A DNA stretch of 64,000 bases, taken from NCBI RefSeq assembly GCF_020745735.1, contig NW_026867509.1:744001-808000 (forward strand), written 5' to 3'. A program made the translations under genes and the position numbers. Source of the stretch: Hemiscyllium ocellatum (Eukaryota). This document shows positions 37,830-50,899 of this stretch, one piece after another (positions within the stretch are counted from its first letter, which is position 1; each line of letters starts with the position of its first letter). Below the pieces are notes generated by a model that was not told the origin of the DNA, ran no database searches, and worked only from the letters and a program-made list of their open reading frames with translations.

Positions 37830-39900
37830 GTCACTGCCTCGCCAATAATTATTCCTTATCCTTAATTACCCTCTTCTGAAGGTGGCAACAAGGTGCATTC
37901 TTGAACTGCTACAATGATATAGATTGACAAATTATTCATGAAGTGGGGGAGCTCCATAATTTTGACATAGCTGCAGTGAAGTAACGCCAATGTATTTCCA
38001 AGTCAGGATGGTGAGCGGTTTGGAGAATAACTGAAATGTTGTAGTATTACATTGTATGTGTTCCTTTTCCTTTTTTGATGAAAGTAGTCATTGGTTTCGA
38101 AGTGCTGTCAAAGGATCTTTGTTCAGTTTCCGCAGTTCACTTTGCAGATAATACTTACTGCTGCTGCTGAGTTGATTGGTGCAGGGGATAAATCTCCTCG
38201 ATGTGTTGATAAGCCACCGATTTGTTTGGTTCTGCATCGTGTGAAGCTTGTTGAATGTTGTTGCAATCATCACGACAAGTGGGGAGTATTCCATCATATT
38301 CTTAACTTGTGCATTATTGATGGTGAACTGCCTTTGGAGAGTCAGGTGGTGAGTTACTCATAGAATACCTACCCTAAAGAATAGAGGCTGTTCTGGCAAT
38401 CGTGTCTGCACCGACTGACAAAACAGTCTCCAAAAACGATAGTAGTATTCCTATGCTTCCATCTGGTATCCATCAGCAGACAGGTTAAACTGCCATTATG
38501 CTGGTTATAGTTTTGCTTGGTTTCCTTGATACCACACTCCGCCAAATGTGACCTTGCAGTCAAGGCCTGTCACTCTAAACTCTCATCTCGACTTTGCAAG
38601 TCAGCCCTTTCATCTATGTTTGAACCAAGATTACAACTTGAACAGAAACGCTGTTGCCCTGGCGAAATTGATACCAGGAGTCCATAAACAAGTTATTGCT
38701 GAACAAGTACTGTTTGATAGTACTGTTGCTTACACCTTTGGTCACTTTACTAATAACCTCGTGTGGACTGGTGCAGCAGTAATTTACTAGGTTGAATTTG
38801 TCCTGGTGATGTACAGGACATAGCAGGAACATTTTTCACGTTTTCAGTTACATGATCGTTACGTAATTGTATTGGAAATATTTGGCTAAAGCAACCACAA
38901 GATCTGCAATACATGCCTTCAGGAATATTAACAGACTGTTTTCGGGGCGCATAGGCTTTTCAATATCCAGTGTTGCAAATAAATAGACTGAATCAAAATG
39001 TTTGAAGACAGGCATCTGTCATACTCAAGACCACTGGAGAGCCGAGAAAGATCATCCTTTTGCCCCTTTTGCCTAACATTTGCAGTGAATGCTTCAATCT
39101 TATCTTCTTGACAGGGATGGACAATTTCCTGACAGAGACACCCACATCCTGTGAATGCATTAAAGAAAACTAGAGGATGAAATTATCAGGGATTCGCTCA
39201 CAGGAAGGACAACAGTACTGTCCAAACTGGCAGAAGGATCACCTCTTGGAGTAACAAGACACCGCTTAATTTATTTTAGTGTCACGTTATTATCTATTAG
39301 TCCCCTGCTGTAAACGTGGAAGAATTGACAGGTGGTGACTGGTGAATATGAAGAAGGGCATAACACACCAATCCGCGCAGGAGCACTTGAACAGCCTCCA
39401 AGTGGCAATGGCTGCTTCAGTCGCAAACAATTGTGGTTGCAGAAGGGTCGAACAATTCTCAACTTCAAGTTAATAAGATGCTCTTATGTAGAAATCACCA
39501 AGATCTCATATATTGATGCTGTAATTTGAGGGTTACTTGGTCAAAGTGCCAGTGAGCAATGCACATGCATACAGGAATGATGGAGGAATTCATCTAGATG
39601 CAGGCTGTATCCAGAAAAACAATACGACACGGCAGACAATCGTTCCTTTAAGTCCAATCGTCGTGTCCATAAAACTAATTAAAGATAAGTTCTTCTTGCA
39701 TGTTTCACCAACTATTAATAACAGCTGCTAGAGGCCTCCAGAGTCCTAAAGACTTATGAAAACAAACCAGACCTGAACCACCACCCGTCAGAACACTGGA
39801 ATCTTACTAAGATGGTTGACAAAATGGAATTGTATCAGAATGGACCCCGACTTACGTAGATTGCTAAGTTTTTTTGTGCTCGCTATGAATGCAGGAGCAG
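37830..39900 (-). mobile_element. Old CR1/L2-clade LINE
   Basis: CPVHHQDKFNLVNY...SNNL...FRQGNS and MMEYSPL... on the minus strand. Confidence 0.7.
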
Positions 39901-40533
39901 CTATATTGAAACCGGGAATGTGTGCTAGGTGAGCATGACTTAAATAAATAGCCGATCTCTACTGCACAGTTCATGCTGGAATTTCTTACGTTAGCCTTTG
40001 AATAATGGAAGAAATCGTCTCATTACATATTTTTCGCAGTTCATAATTTGACTCTGAATTTATTCTGCATGCCAGCATATTTAAATCAACTAATACAGGA
40101 ATAAAAAATGCTAAATGAATAAATGATGATACATTGAAATCGCAACTTTCAAAATAAGCGACAGTTTGAATGTGGCAGAAGCATCTTTTTATCAAACACA
40201 ACAGGATGGGACTATGCTTTTTTTTAAACTTCTGGTTCACTTTGATTACGGTCATTTTTGATGTGCCGTTTTCCCCTGAATGATTTGAAAACCAATGTAA
40301 TTTATCTGACACAAAAACACTGGCCATTAAAATCAATGTTAATGGGAGACCAACCATGAAATGATATGTAACCAATAGAGATGACCTATGAATGTAACGA
40401 ACATAGCATTCGTCGAATCAGTGCTCTTTATTGTGCATAAAGTGGTTACATTTTTTGATGCAGTTCAATGTGGCTACGACTGTGTCAACTGGGGGTATTA
40501 TAAATTCTGGTAATTGCGATTTATCCCAAGATT

Positions 40534-41105
40534 GTCTGGGAAGCCAGGGAGGAGATCAGAGAGACGTTGGCTTTGATCTTTATGTCGTCATTGTTTACAC
40601 GAATACTGCCAGAAGACTGGGGGATAGCAAATATTGTCCCCTTTTTCAAGAAGAGGAATCAACCCTGGTAATTACAGACCAGTAAGTCTTATGTCGGTTG
40701 TAGGTAAAGTGTTTAAAAACGTTGTTAACAGATCGAATTTATAATCATCAAGAGAGGAATAAATTGATTAGGGATAGCCAACACGGTTTTCTGAAAGGTA
40801 CATCGCACCTCACAAATCGTATTGAGTTCTTTGAGATGGCGAACAATCAAGTGGATTAGGGTAAAGCAGGTGATATCGTGTGTATGTATTTCACTAAGGC
40901 GTTCGACAAGGAGCCTCACGGAGGCTATGGGGGCATGGGTTTGTGAGTTATTTAACGGTTAGGATCAGAAATTGGCTAGCTGAAAGAAGCCAAAGGGTGG
41001 TGGTTGATGGAAAAAGTTCATCCTTCATTTTAGTTATTAGTGGTGTACATTCAGGATCTGTTTTGTGACCACTGCTGTTTGCCATTTTTTATATAAGACC
41101 TCGAT
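40534..41105 (+). mobile_element. CR1 fragment (5' part; resumes at 46692)
   Basis: gaagactggg...gcaaatattgtccc, ggtaattacagaccagtaagtctt (GNYRPVSL), aaggcgttcgacaag. Confidence 0.8.
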
Positions 41106-44100
41106 GCTTCTGAGAGCAAAGGAGAGATAATGCAGCAGGTCAGCATTTAAACTTGCTGGAGAAACCATCAGAAACTATACAGATGACAAGAATTTGATTG
41201 AAAATGAAGCAGCTTAAGTGGGAGGCGAGAGATAAGGAAAGGGCAGCAGAAATGAAGCAGCTTGAGTTACGATTAAAAGCAGAAGAGTGGGGAAAAGGGA
41301 TAACAAAGAACGTAAGAAGAGTGTTTGAACTTCAAAACCAGATACTTAAAAAAATCAGCTTAAAAGACTGGAGATAAAGGCTGAGGGTCGGCTTTGTGTG
41401 GAAGAGAGTGACGTTGAGCAAGCCCTTGGTAGTCAGAAGCCAAGTAAGAAGCGGTTTATGTTCAAGTATTGCATACATTTGATGAGAAAAATGTGGAAGC
41501 CTTATTCATCTCATTTGAAAAGGTGGCTAAACAACGCATTAGCCAGAGACAATGTGGGTTTTGTTGATCCAAACAAAACTTGTGGGTAGTGCTCGTGAGA
41601 TATTCGCATCCCTATCAAAGGAGGTTTCTGGGGAGTTTGAGAAGGTGAAGAAGCCATTGTAAGTGCATACGACCTTGTACCAGAAGCATATAGACAACGT
41701 TTCAGGAATCGAAGGAGGGACCCAGGTCAACCCTATTTTGAGTTTTAAAGGATCAAACTGAGTAATTTCCATATATGGATAAGAGATTTTAAAATTGAGC
41801 AAACCTATAATTACCCTTTAGAGAAGTAATTATTTTGGAGGAATTCAAAAAATCGCTGCCTGAAGTAATGTGAACTCATGTGGAAGAGGAGAGAGGTAAA
41901 TCAGCTGAAATAGCTGATGATTATGAGCTGGTCCATTAAACTCGGTTTGTCTTCCAGAATCAGTTTCAGTCCGTGAGGGATTGAAATTGGGGCTAACAGG
42001 AATCCTCACGTGAAAAGGGAAAGGTAGATGTCAGTGAAGTTCATAAGGATAGTTTACCACAGGGGAGAAAAACCCTTGAGGAGGACAAATAGTTCATAAG
42101 CTCCAGTGTTTTCATTGTAATAAATTGGGCCACACGCAATCAGTGTTGGTGGGATAGGAGAAAGCCAGATGTAGGAAAACCAGACAAACCTGGAAATTGT
42201 GTTGGACTACTAACAAAAAGCACAAGGGAAGTTAGACAACTGCCTCAGAGGGTACAAGATGATCAGAGCTTGATTAAGGCAGAAGTGCCAGATCAGCTTA
42301 AAAATATACATGCAAGTTTAAAGTTTATTCAAATCGGTAAGGAGGTGACAATATTAAGAGATAAAACATCCTCAGCCTGTAATGTTAAAGGATGAGGAGA
42401 TATGCACTCCTGGGGTACTGTTGCTAGTGGAAGTGCTGGTAACAGGAATTAATGGTGAGACAAAAAGTGCTCAGTTATGTAAAGTGAGGCTAGAGAGTTC
42501 AAGGAAGAGTGGACTATTTGTGTTAAGAGTACAAGACAAACTCGCAGCTCGAGGAATACAATTTGTCCTTGCAAATGATATAGCTGATGCACCAGTAAGC
42601 GTGCTGCCTACATTAGTCAAAAGGCCAATGGAGATGCAAGCAATTGAAGACCTAGGGGCTGTTTATACAGGAATTTTCCCTAATTGCCTAATCACAAGAT
42701 CACAGAGGCACAAGCCGAAGCAGAAAAGATTCAAAGGCACAGATAAGGAAGCTGTTGCACTATTATCCAAAACTTCATTTGATCAGATAAGTGGGACAGA
42801 GATGGAGCATATAAGTAAACATGTAAGTATGCCTAGCTCTGCTAATCTAATTGAATTACAGCATAAAGATGAGGAGCTAAAACAGTTATATAAAAAAAAA
42901 TTGCAGAATAAGGAAGTGAATGCATTCCTGTGTGTTATTACTTAGCAAATGATGTCTTGATGAAATCGAGACCATACACACAGTCAAGCAGATGAAAAAT
43001 GGGCAGAAGTTCAACAATCTTGTTCGCTACTAGGTTATAGAAAGGGGGTGCTGCGAGTGGCGCATGAACTACCACTTGGAGGACATTTAGGGGTGAAGAA
43101 AACCCAGGGTAAAATACAAAGACAATTTTGCTGGTCTGGACTACGCAAAGACGTCAGTGAATTTTGGCAGACTTGTCATACATGTCAACTAATCGGAAAA
43201 CCACAGGCAGTCATAAAAACCTGCTCCTTAAATACCTATTCCAGCATTTGGGAAACCTTTCACAAGAGTCTTAACTGATTGTGTAAGTCCCCTACTTAAA
43301 ACAAAAAGTGGGAATTAGTATTTATTAACAATAATGAATGTGTTAACGAGATTTCCAGAGGCAATTCCAATACACAACATCACAGCTAAAATGGTTGTGG
43401 AAGAATTATTGAACTTTTTTACTAGGTACGGACTGCCAATACAGATCCAGTCAGATCAAGGATCAAACTTCACATCCATTACATTAAAGTAGTTAAAGAA
43501 TAACTTGGGAATACTGCAATTCAAATCTACTGTGTAGCATCTGGATTTGTAGGGAGCGCCAGAGAGATGGCATCAAACACTAAAGACCATGTTGAGGACT
43601 TAGGGTCAGGAATATCCAGGTGATTGGGTTAAGAGAATTCCGTTTCCACTATTTTTGCGATCAGAGATGCACCGAATGAATCGACAAAATTCAGTCCATT
43701 TGGATTTTTTCTTTAGCATGTTGTCAGAGGAAGGTTAAAATTGATTAAGGAGAAATTAGTATGTCAGAATTCAGAGACCACCCATTTTGACTATGTGTCA
43801 AATTTTATAGAACGATTAAATAGAGCTGGAGAGTTGCCTGGACAGCATTTAAAAATATCGTAGAATACAATGAAACAAGAAGCAGATAAGAAATCACAAA
43901 TTCACAATGTTGCATTGGGGATACGATATTAGTGTTACTTGTAGTAACAAGTGAATCTTTAAAACCAAGGTTTAGTGGACCTTATCAAAACGAGAGTAAA
44001 TTGAGCGAGGTGAAATATTTGATAAGGACTCCAGACAGGAAGAAATCTCACAGACTGTGTCATGCGAATATACTCAAAGGGTACTTTGACAGGGGAGGAA

Positions 44101-45330
44101 AGCAGACGAGAAGATGTTACCAATTACAGCACAGAAGGAAGAAACTGGATCAGAGGTTTATTTCTCAAGAAAATCGAAATGTCCTGAAACAGGTATCACT
44201 ATCACATGGGGAAATATGCGGAAATAAATTGGGAAGTACTAACCTAATTGTGCATGATGTTGATATATGAGATGTTATTCCGGTTAAGCAACGTCATTAT
44301 AGACATGACTCCAATGTTGTCACAGGTTCAGAGGGAGATAGAGCGCATGTTCCAAGATGGCATGATCGGAGCTCACCCATTGTCATGGTGCCATATCCAG
44401 CTGGTATCCACCGGTAGTGTCAACAATCGCAAAGTCTGATGCATATCCAATTCTACAATTGGAGGATTGTGTCGGAAAAGTGGGACAAGCAATTTTCATT
44501 TCTAAGTTGTACTTGCTCAGAGGCTATTGGCAAGTACCTCTGTCAGAGAAAGCAAAGGCAATTTCTGCTTTTGTAACGCCAAATGAGCTATATCAGTTCA
44601 ACGTCATGCCATTTGGTATGAAAACACTCCAGTCACAATTCAGAGAATGACTAATGAGGTCATTGCCTGATTACCCAACTGTATGGTGTATATTGAAGAC
44701 TTGGTGATTTTTAGTCATTCGTGGAAGGAACATTTACAACATTTATCAGACTTCTTAAGATTGACTTCGGAAGGCAGACTTGGTGGTAAACGTAGCTAAA
44801 AGTGAATTTGCCAATGTCCAAGTCACATTGCTGGTCCACTTTATTTGACATAGACTAATGGCCCCACGGGATGTGAAAACGAAAGTAATTGGGGAATTTG
44901 CTGCACCGTCGACGAAAAAGGCAGCACTATGGTTCTTAGGGTTGAGTGCATTTTACCGGAAGTTTGTACTGAGCTTTAGCAGTGCGGCTGCTCGACTCAC
45001 GAAATTGTTTTTTAAAAAGGCAAGAAGTTCCAGTGAACAGAGGACTGTCAAAAGGCATTTGACATCCTTAAAAATGTGTTAGCCACTGACCCAGTATTAG
45101 CCACAGCGGATGAAAGGAAACCTTTCTTGATGGCTACCGATGTCAGTGATGTGCATGCCAGTGCAGTGTTCCTTCAGGAGGATGATGAGGGAACAGAAAG
45201 ATCCATCGGGTATTTTTCCAAGATCTTGAACGTTCATCAACAGAAATATTCAACGGTGGAGAGAGAAATTTTAAGCTTGGTGTTGGCCTTATAACATTTC
45301 AGTATTTATATCACCACCAATGCATCTGAG

Positions 45331-45547
45331 CTGAAAAATGTGTTGCTGGAAAAGCGCAGCAGGTCAGGCAGCATCCAAAGAGCAGGAGAATCGACGTTTC
45401 AGGCATGAGCCCTTCTTAAGGATTTCATGAAGAAGGGCTCATGCCCGAAACGTCGATATTCCTGCTCTTTGGATGCTGCCTGACCTGCTGCACTTTTCAG
45501 CAACACAGATGTTAGCTCTGAACTCCAGCATCTGCAGTCCTCACTTT
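45331..45547. mobile_element. 217-bp miniature element of two inverted Neptune PLE tails, 16-bp TSD, inserted in Gypsy RNase H
   Basis: CACCAATGCATCTGAG at 45315-45330 and 45548-45563; arms meet at the hammerhead cores. Confidence 0.88.
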
Positions 45548-46169
45548 CACCAATGCATCTGAGACAATCATGTACACGGATCAAAACCCATTGACAACTG
45601 TGGGTGATTTTGTTGTCTCAAAGGCCAGACTGATTAGATGAGGCTTGTTGTTGCAGTCATTCAATTTGACAACTGTGCATTTGGCAGGTCGCGAAAACGT
45701 GATTACTGACGTGTTATTGAGACTCGAATAAGATGCAGAGGAATTTGGCGGTGGGTGTAACCCGGCCTGAAATTTCATTTGGTTGTGCGTGTTTGCATGT
45801 ATATTGTCAGTATAGAGTATCAGTGTGTTTAAACTACTAACCGGGATTTCCTAGGACGCAAAATGCAACCATCTTTTAGTATTGATGTTTTTTTTTAGGG
45901 AGGATGTGTCACAAAGCTAGTCCCTTCATTTCTAAACGCTGTTCCTTTGCTCTGGGAGGCGCTACCCTTGGTTTTTTTTTTCAGATGAGCAATAAACCAG
46001 GCTAGACTCCGATCAGTCTGGTTTAGTACAGAGATGAAAAGGACTCTAGGAGTCCCATTGTTTATATGTAAAGAGATGAGCCTTCAGACCAAAGTGGTCA
46101 TGCATTAGAAGTTACCCAAGTGAAGAGAGGGGAAGAGTCAGCTCTCTAGCAAGCTGAGCTGAGCAGATT

Positions 46170-46340
46170 TTAGTTCAAAATCACATAACACCAGATTAAA
46201 GGCCAACAGGTTTAAATGGAAGCATTTGCTTTCGGAGCGCTGCTCCTTCATTACGGGGTTATGGAATATACTTGAACATGGTGTTGTGTGATTTTTAACT
46301 TTGGACACTCCAGTCCAACACTGGCATCTCCAACTCAGTT
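46170..46340. mobile_element. Miniature inverted PLE-tail element (third family) inside the Gypsy LTR
   Basis: aaaatcacataacaccag...ctttcggagcgctgctccttca followed by ggtgttgtgtgatttttaacttt. Confidence 0.6.
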
Positions 46341-46691
46341 TTAATTCAGCCTTGAACAGGGACGTTTAATACGGAAATGTGTGGATACGCTGTCTTGTTT
46401 CTGCCCTTCAACTTTAACCTGAAAGCATGCGTTTCATTTATACAGTGTTGTAAAGGGAGTTTGCTTATTGGGACAGCATAGGTAATGCAAGCTGGATAAG
46501 TTGAGACCTAAAGGGGATTTTTTTTCTGTTTTTGTGCTTTATTGTGAAAATTTGTGACGCTTTCGTTTTAAAATCTAGTAGTCACCCTAGCTACCTTACA
46601 CCGGGTAATTTTCACTGCACACTTACTGCAAAGATAGGTCTTGGGCTGCCTGCTTAGGAATGTTTTTGATGGTCTGGCCTAGTCCATAACA

Positions 46692-47270
46692 CTAGATACC
46701 CGGGTTGACAGGGTTGTTAAGAAGACATAGGGTGTGTTGGCTTTTATTTAGAAGGAATGAGATTTGGAGCCACGAAGGCATTCTGCAATTGTGCAAGTCT
46801 GGAGCGGTTGCACTTGGAGCATTACGTACAGTTCTGTTCACTGCATTATTGGGAAGATGTGGAAGCTTCAGAAATGGTTCAGAAGTGATTTACTAGGATG
46901 TTGACTGGCATGGAGGGAAGGTCGTTTGAGGAAAGGCTAAGGGACTTGAGTGTGTTTTCGTTACAGAGAAGAAGGTTGAGAGGTGACTTCATTGAGATTT
47001 TTAAAATAATGGGAGGGTTGTATGGAGTGGCCTTTTAACTCGGATGGTGGTAGTTCGCACAACAGGGTGATAGATGTTGGACAAATGTCAGAAGTCGTTG
47101 TTTTATGTAGAGAGTATTGGCGAGGTGGAACACACTAACTACAACAGTAGTAGATTCGCCAACTCTCAGGGTAGTTAACTGGTCATTGGATAAACATGTG
47201 GATGAAAATTGAAGTGTCAGATAAATAGGCTTCAGATTGGTTCCACCAGTCGGCACAACATCGAGGGTTG
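46692..47270 (+). mobile_element. CR1 3' fragment
   Basis: gttaagaagacatagggtgtgttggc, ggagggaaggtcgtttgaggaaaggctaagggac, 3' UTR ggcacaacatcgaggg. Confidence 0.82.
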
Positions 47271-48139
47271 ACGAGACTCTCCGACACTGGAATATTCTTT
47301 GTTCTATAACCCGTGTTGCTGTCTTCACAGTGCAATATTTTATTTTCAGCTCTGACAGTAAATGGTCAAAAATTGATCAAAATCTACAGAGTTTGTTCAC
47401 CAGGAAGAACCCTTTGAAGATACATAAGTTTAGACAGAATGGAGACTGCACATCGACGTGATATACCTGATACAGAACACGAATTAAAATCCACCAATAC
47501 ACTTTGATATTAAAAAGGTGTGAGTATAACCAGGAGATCGGTGGAGACGAGGAAATAAATGGTACAATCAGGTAGAGCAGATCTTGTCTGAGAAAATATT
47601 ATAAGGAGGAATATGCTATCTGTAAGAGATGGAAAAATAGAAAAGCTGAGAAAATCTGCATGAGAACGTGTGAGGACTGGAAAGGTACTGTTTCGATTCC
47701 AAATAGTGTCATCTTTCAGATGTGAAACGAATCCCCTCCATTTCCCAACTTTACATTTGGAAAATTATGACGTGTCTTAAAAATATTAATTCTCTTTAGA
47801 AATAAAGTCTATCTATCACACAAAAATGTATAATGTTCCAACAGAACAAAAGGAAGCACTGAGAAAAATCAAAGACTCCATTCAGCAAAGTGAAAGCATA
47901 GAAAAATATAAATATGTAACAAAAAGCTCGAAATTATTGGAATATTCTATGGTAAAATAGAGAGTAACTAGTGTAAAACTAATAAGGAGTATATATAACG
48001 ACTAATTTATTGTAGCTTCCTCCAAAGCTTGACATGGAATACTTCGCTGTTGTGAGATGTCACATTTGACATTTCTTTGATATTTATATCCAATAAAACT
48101 GGAGCTGGCACTGTGTCGTGATAGTCCATTATCCAGATG

Positions 48140-48835
48140 TAGGCAGAAATGAGGACTGCAGATCTTGGAAACCAAAGTCTAGATTAGAGTTGTTCTGGAA
48201 AAGCACAGCAGGTCAGGCAGCATTTCGAGGAGCAGGAAGATCGATGTTTCGGGCAAAAGTCCTTCATCAAGATTGAAGGCAGGGGGCCTCCAGGGTGGAG
48301 AGATGAATGGGAGTGGATGGAGCTCGGCAAAAGGTAGCAAAGAGTACAATAGGTGGATGGGGGTTGGGATGAAGGTGATAGGTCAGAGAAGAGGATGGGG
48401 AAGATAGCAAAGAGTACAATCAATGGATGGGACGACGAAGGTGATAGGTCAGAGAGGAGGCTGGAGCGGATAGGTGGGAAGGAAGATTGGCAGGTAGGAC
48501 AGGTCATGAGGATGGTGCTGAGTTGGAAGGTTGGAACTGAGGTAAGGTTGGGGGGAGAAATGAAGAAACTGGTGAAGTCCACATTAATGCCGTGTGGTTG
48601 AAGTGTTCTGAGGCGGAAGATGAGGCTTTCTTCCTTCAGGCGTTGTGTGCTGAGGGATAGGCGGTGGAGGAGGCCCAGGACCTGCATGTCCTCGGACGGG
48701 AAAAAGAAATGTTGGGCCATGGGGCGGTGGGGTTGATTGTTGCGGGCGTCCTGGAGATGTTCCCGAAAACGCTCTGTGAGAAGTCATCCAGTCTCTCCAA
48801 TGTCGAAGAGACCACATCAGGAGCAACGGATACAA
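48140..48835 (-). mobile_element. Neptune-type PLE 3' fragment (older)
   Basis: AQHF...EDMQVLGLLH...EESLIFRLRTLQPHGIN plus tail. Confidence 0.8.
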
Positions 48836-49689
48836 TAAATGAAAGAGGTGGATGTCATTATCCAGATTTCATGTGCACATTTCGCTTGTCCAGTGCAGGC
48901 AACCGAATCTTTCTGAATCCACATCTAGTGCATTCTTCCGCAAAGATTTAGCACCAAAATGTAGTGCATAGCGATATATTAGCGACAGCTACATGATTCC
49001 AAGTCAAAATGCTTAATGGGCTACTCTCAGTAAGTTCTTGTCTCTCTGGGAAATCAGTCAAAAGCAGTAGTAGTGCCTAAAACTAAAAACGCCCTATGAA
49101 TAAGAGTGGCTGTTTACATGGAATCTCAAATTTTCTGAGTAATTCTGTTCGCACCACCATCCACGAGTGTCTGATTCTACTTTATATGGTCACCAGTTTC
49201 CTGGCACGAGTCATCCACTTTTCAACACAGAAGTCAAGTAATGTGAGCAGTTGTAATTCACAAAAATAAATACCCACTCCGCTTTGGAGCAAATTGCAAA
49301 TAGAAATAATCACTGGAATTCTCAAATATATGTGTCATGGAAACAATTACATCTCTGATCTTAGATAAAACGCTAACATTTGCAGTTCCCTGATGCAAAT
49401 CGAGGCCCACTTTTGCTTTGACAATTTAATTACATGTGGATCGCAGAATTTACTCTTGTCATCTTCCATGATACATGATATTTTATTATATTTTTACACT
49501 TCTTCCAATTCTGTTTTTATATCAATCAATAGTCTCCAATTGTGCGGCTTATACCTTCGAAGCCTCACTCTCCAATTGTTGTTTTTCTTTAGTTCTGAGT
49601 CCCCATGGTTCCAAACTCCTGTATATGTTTCTCACACTGAACCGTCACCTCAGTCCCCCCACGTCACGATGGTTAATATGATCATCTTT

Positions 49690-50400
49690 ACCTAAATTTC
49701 TAACGCTTTATTTCCTACTGTTTAATTCCCTGTGCTTCTGTCAGCTTTTTGTCCACTGACTCCCTTTACTTTTACTCTCTTAGTCTCAATCATTTCTTGC
49801 CTGAATCTACATACGCAAAGAAACAAGTATTTATCACTTTGCTCCACAAGATGGCAGTCTGACGATCCTATCCTACAGGGATCCTTGACCAACACAGTCC
49901 ATAATTTGCTGATCATTGCCTTAGTAGAAGGAATCTTGTCAATCATAAACAGCCAGTGCAATTAAGTAATGTCTATCCGAGCTCAGTCACAACAACAGGC
50001 TCCTTAAAGTAAATTCATTGACATCAATGCATCATTTGTAAATTCAATGACACTGTTCACTTACTTCATAGACTCTGCCTAAATATAGGAAGATAATTGA
50101 TTGAGAGGGCCGAACAGACACGGCGTATGTACTTGCTCCCGCATTGCAGCTTCTTTAAATAGAAAGAATTGTTAATGTCAAATGTGCTTCAACACCACGT
50201 ACAGAACTATAGCAAAACGAAATATTCACCTTTGATGCTTGGAACTGGATTTGACCGTAGCTTCAATGGAAGTGAAGTTCACTGCCTTGAATGTGCTTCA
50301 CCAGTAATACAACAGGTACTGCAGAGGCTTTTCTTATTGGATGAGATAAATGAGATATCTGTCTCAAAGCCTTGTGCCAGTGAGAACGTGTAAACTACTT
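49690..50400 (-). mobile_element. Old LINE endonuclease-region fragment
   Basis: ...VKDPCRIGSSDCHLVEQ resembles the VHDSIGRSDH motif of CR1/L2-clade endonucleases. Confidence 0.4.
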
Positions 50401-50514
50401 GGATTGATCAATTACTCTGGGTAAAGGCACACATCTTCCTTGTGATCAAAATCACACTTTTGATTAAACACTCGATTCAATCACAATTAAACCAATTCGC
50501 CAATGATATAAATC

Positions 50515-50680
50515 AAAGAACTGCTGATGCTGGAGATCTGAGCAAAATCAGAAATTTATGGAAAAACTCAGCAGGTCCGACAAAACAGTTTTAAACAGAT
50601 GGTTAACATTTTTAGTCGAATGACCCTTCGTCAGTGCAGAACACTTGACTCGAAACGTTCATTCTCTGTTTTCTTCTCTC
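50515..50680. mobile_element. Miniature inverted PLE-tail element
   Basis: Reverse tail ending in gtcgaatgacccttcgtcag, then forward tail gactcgaaacgttcattctctg. Confidence 0.55.
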
Positions 50681-50899
50681 TCGTAATATTCCTGATCCAC
50701 AACTTTCATGGACCAGCAAAATGCAGGGAAATAAATGGCAACTTCCACGGCTTTGATTTCAGGTGAATATTTTCTGTAAGGATGAATTCGCCATAAATAC
50801 AGATGTCTTCTACTTTGTAGCCACTGTTACTGGGGCGACTGTACTGTCCCAATCGCAGCAGATGCTTCCCCAGGAGGCGGAATCAATTGAAATTGAGGA

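Larger units (their letters stand above)
41110..46690 (+). mobile_element. Degenerate Gmr1-like Gypsy LTR retrotransposon (gag-PR-IN-RT-RH), 5' LTR missing, 3' LTR ~45905-46690
   Basis: gag EAYRQRFR; IN zinc finger AHELPLGGHLG...CHTCQ (43048); core IQSDQGSNFT; then RT GYWQVPL...VMPFGMK (44417) and RNase H ATDVS...IGYFSK (45076); purine tract before the TGTCAC LTR start. Confidence 0.88.
39986..47630 (-). pseudogene. GPR139-like GPCR pseudogene 2, split by nested CR1/Gypsy (parts ~47630-47290 and ~40500-39986)
   Basis: IIFSQTRS...YFLVSTDLLVIL, FDHLL..LKIKYCTVKTATRVI, VVATLNCIKK, FMVGLPLTLILMAS...HSGENG...KKKHSPILL; collinear with pseudogene 1. Confidence 0.6.

Noticed and set aside
49150-49430. 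Scattered V-like motifs (LYGHQFPG, IEAHFC)
   Set aside because: Different frames, wrong spacing, no RSS
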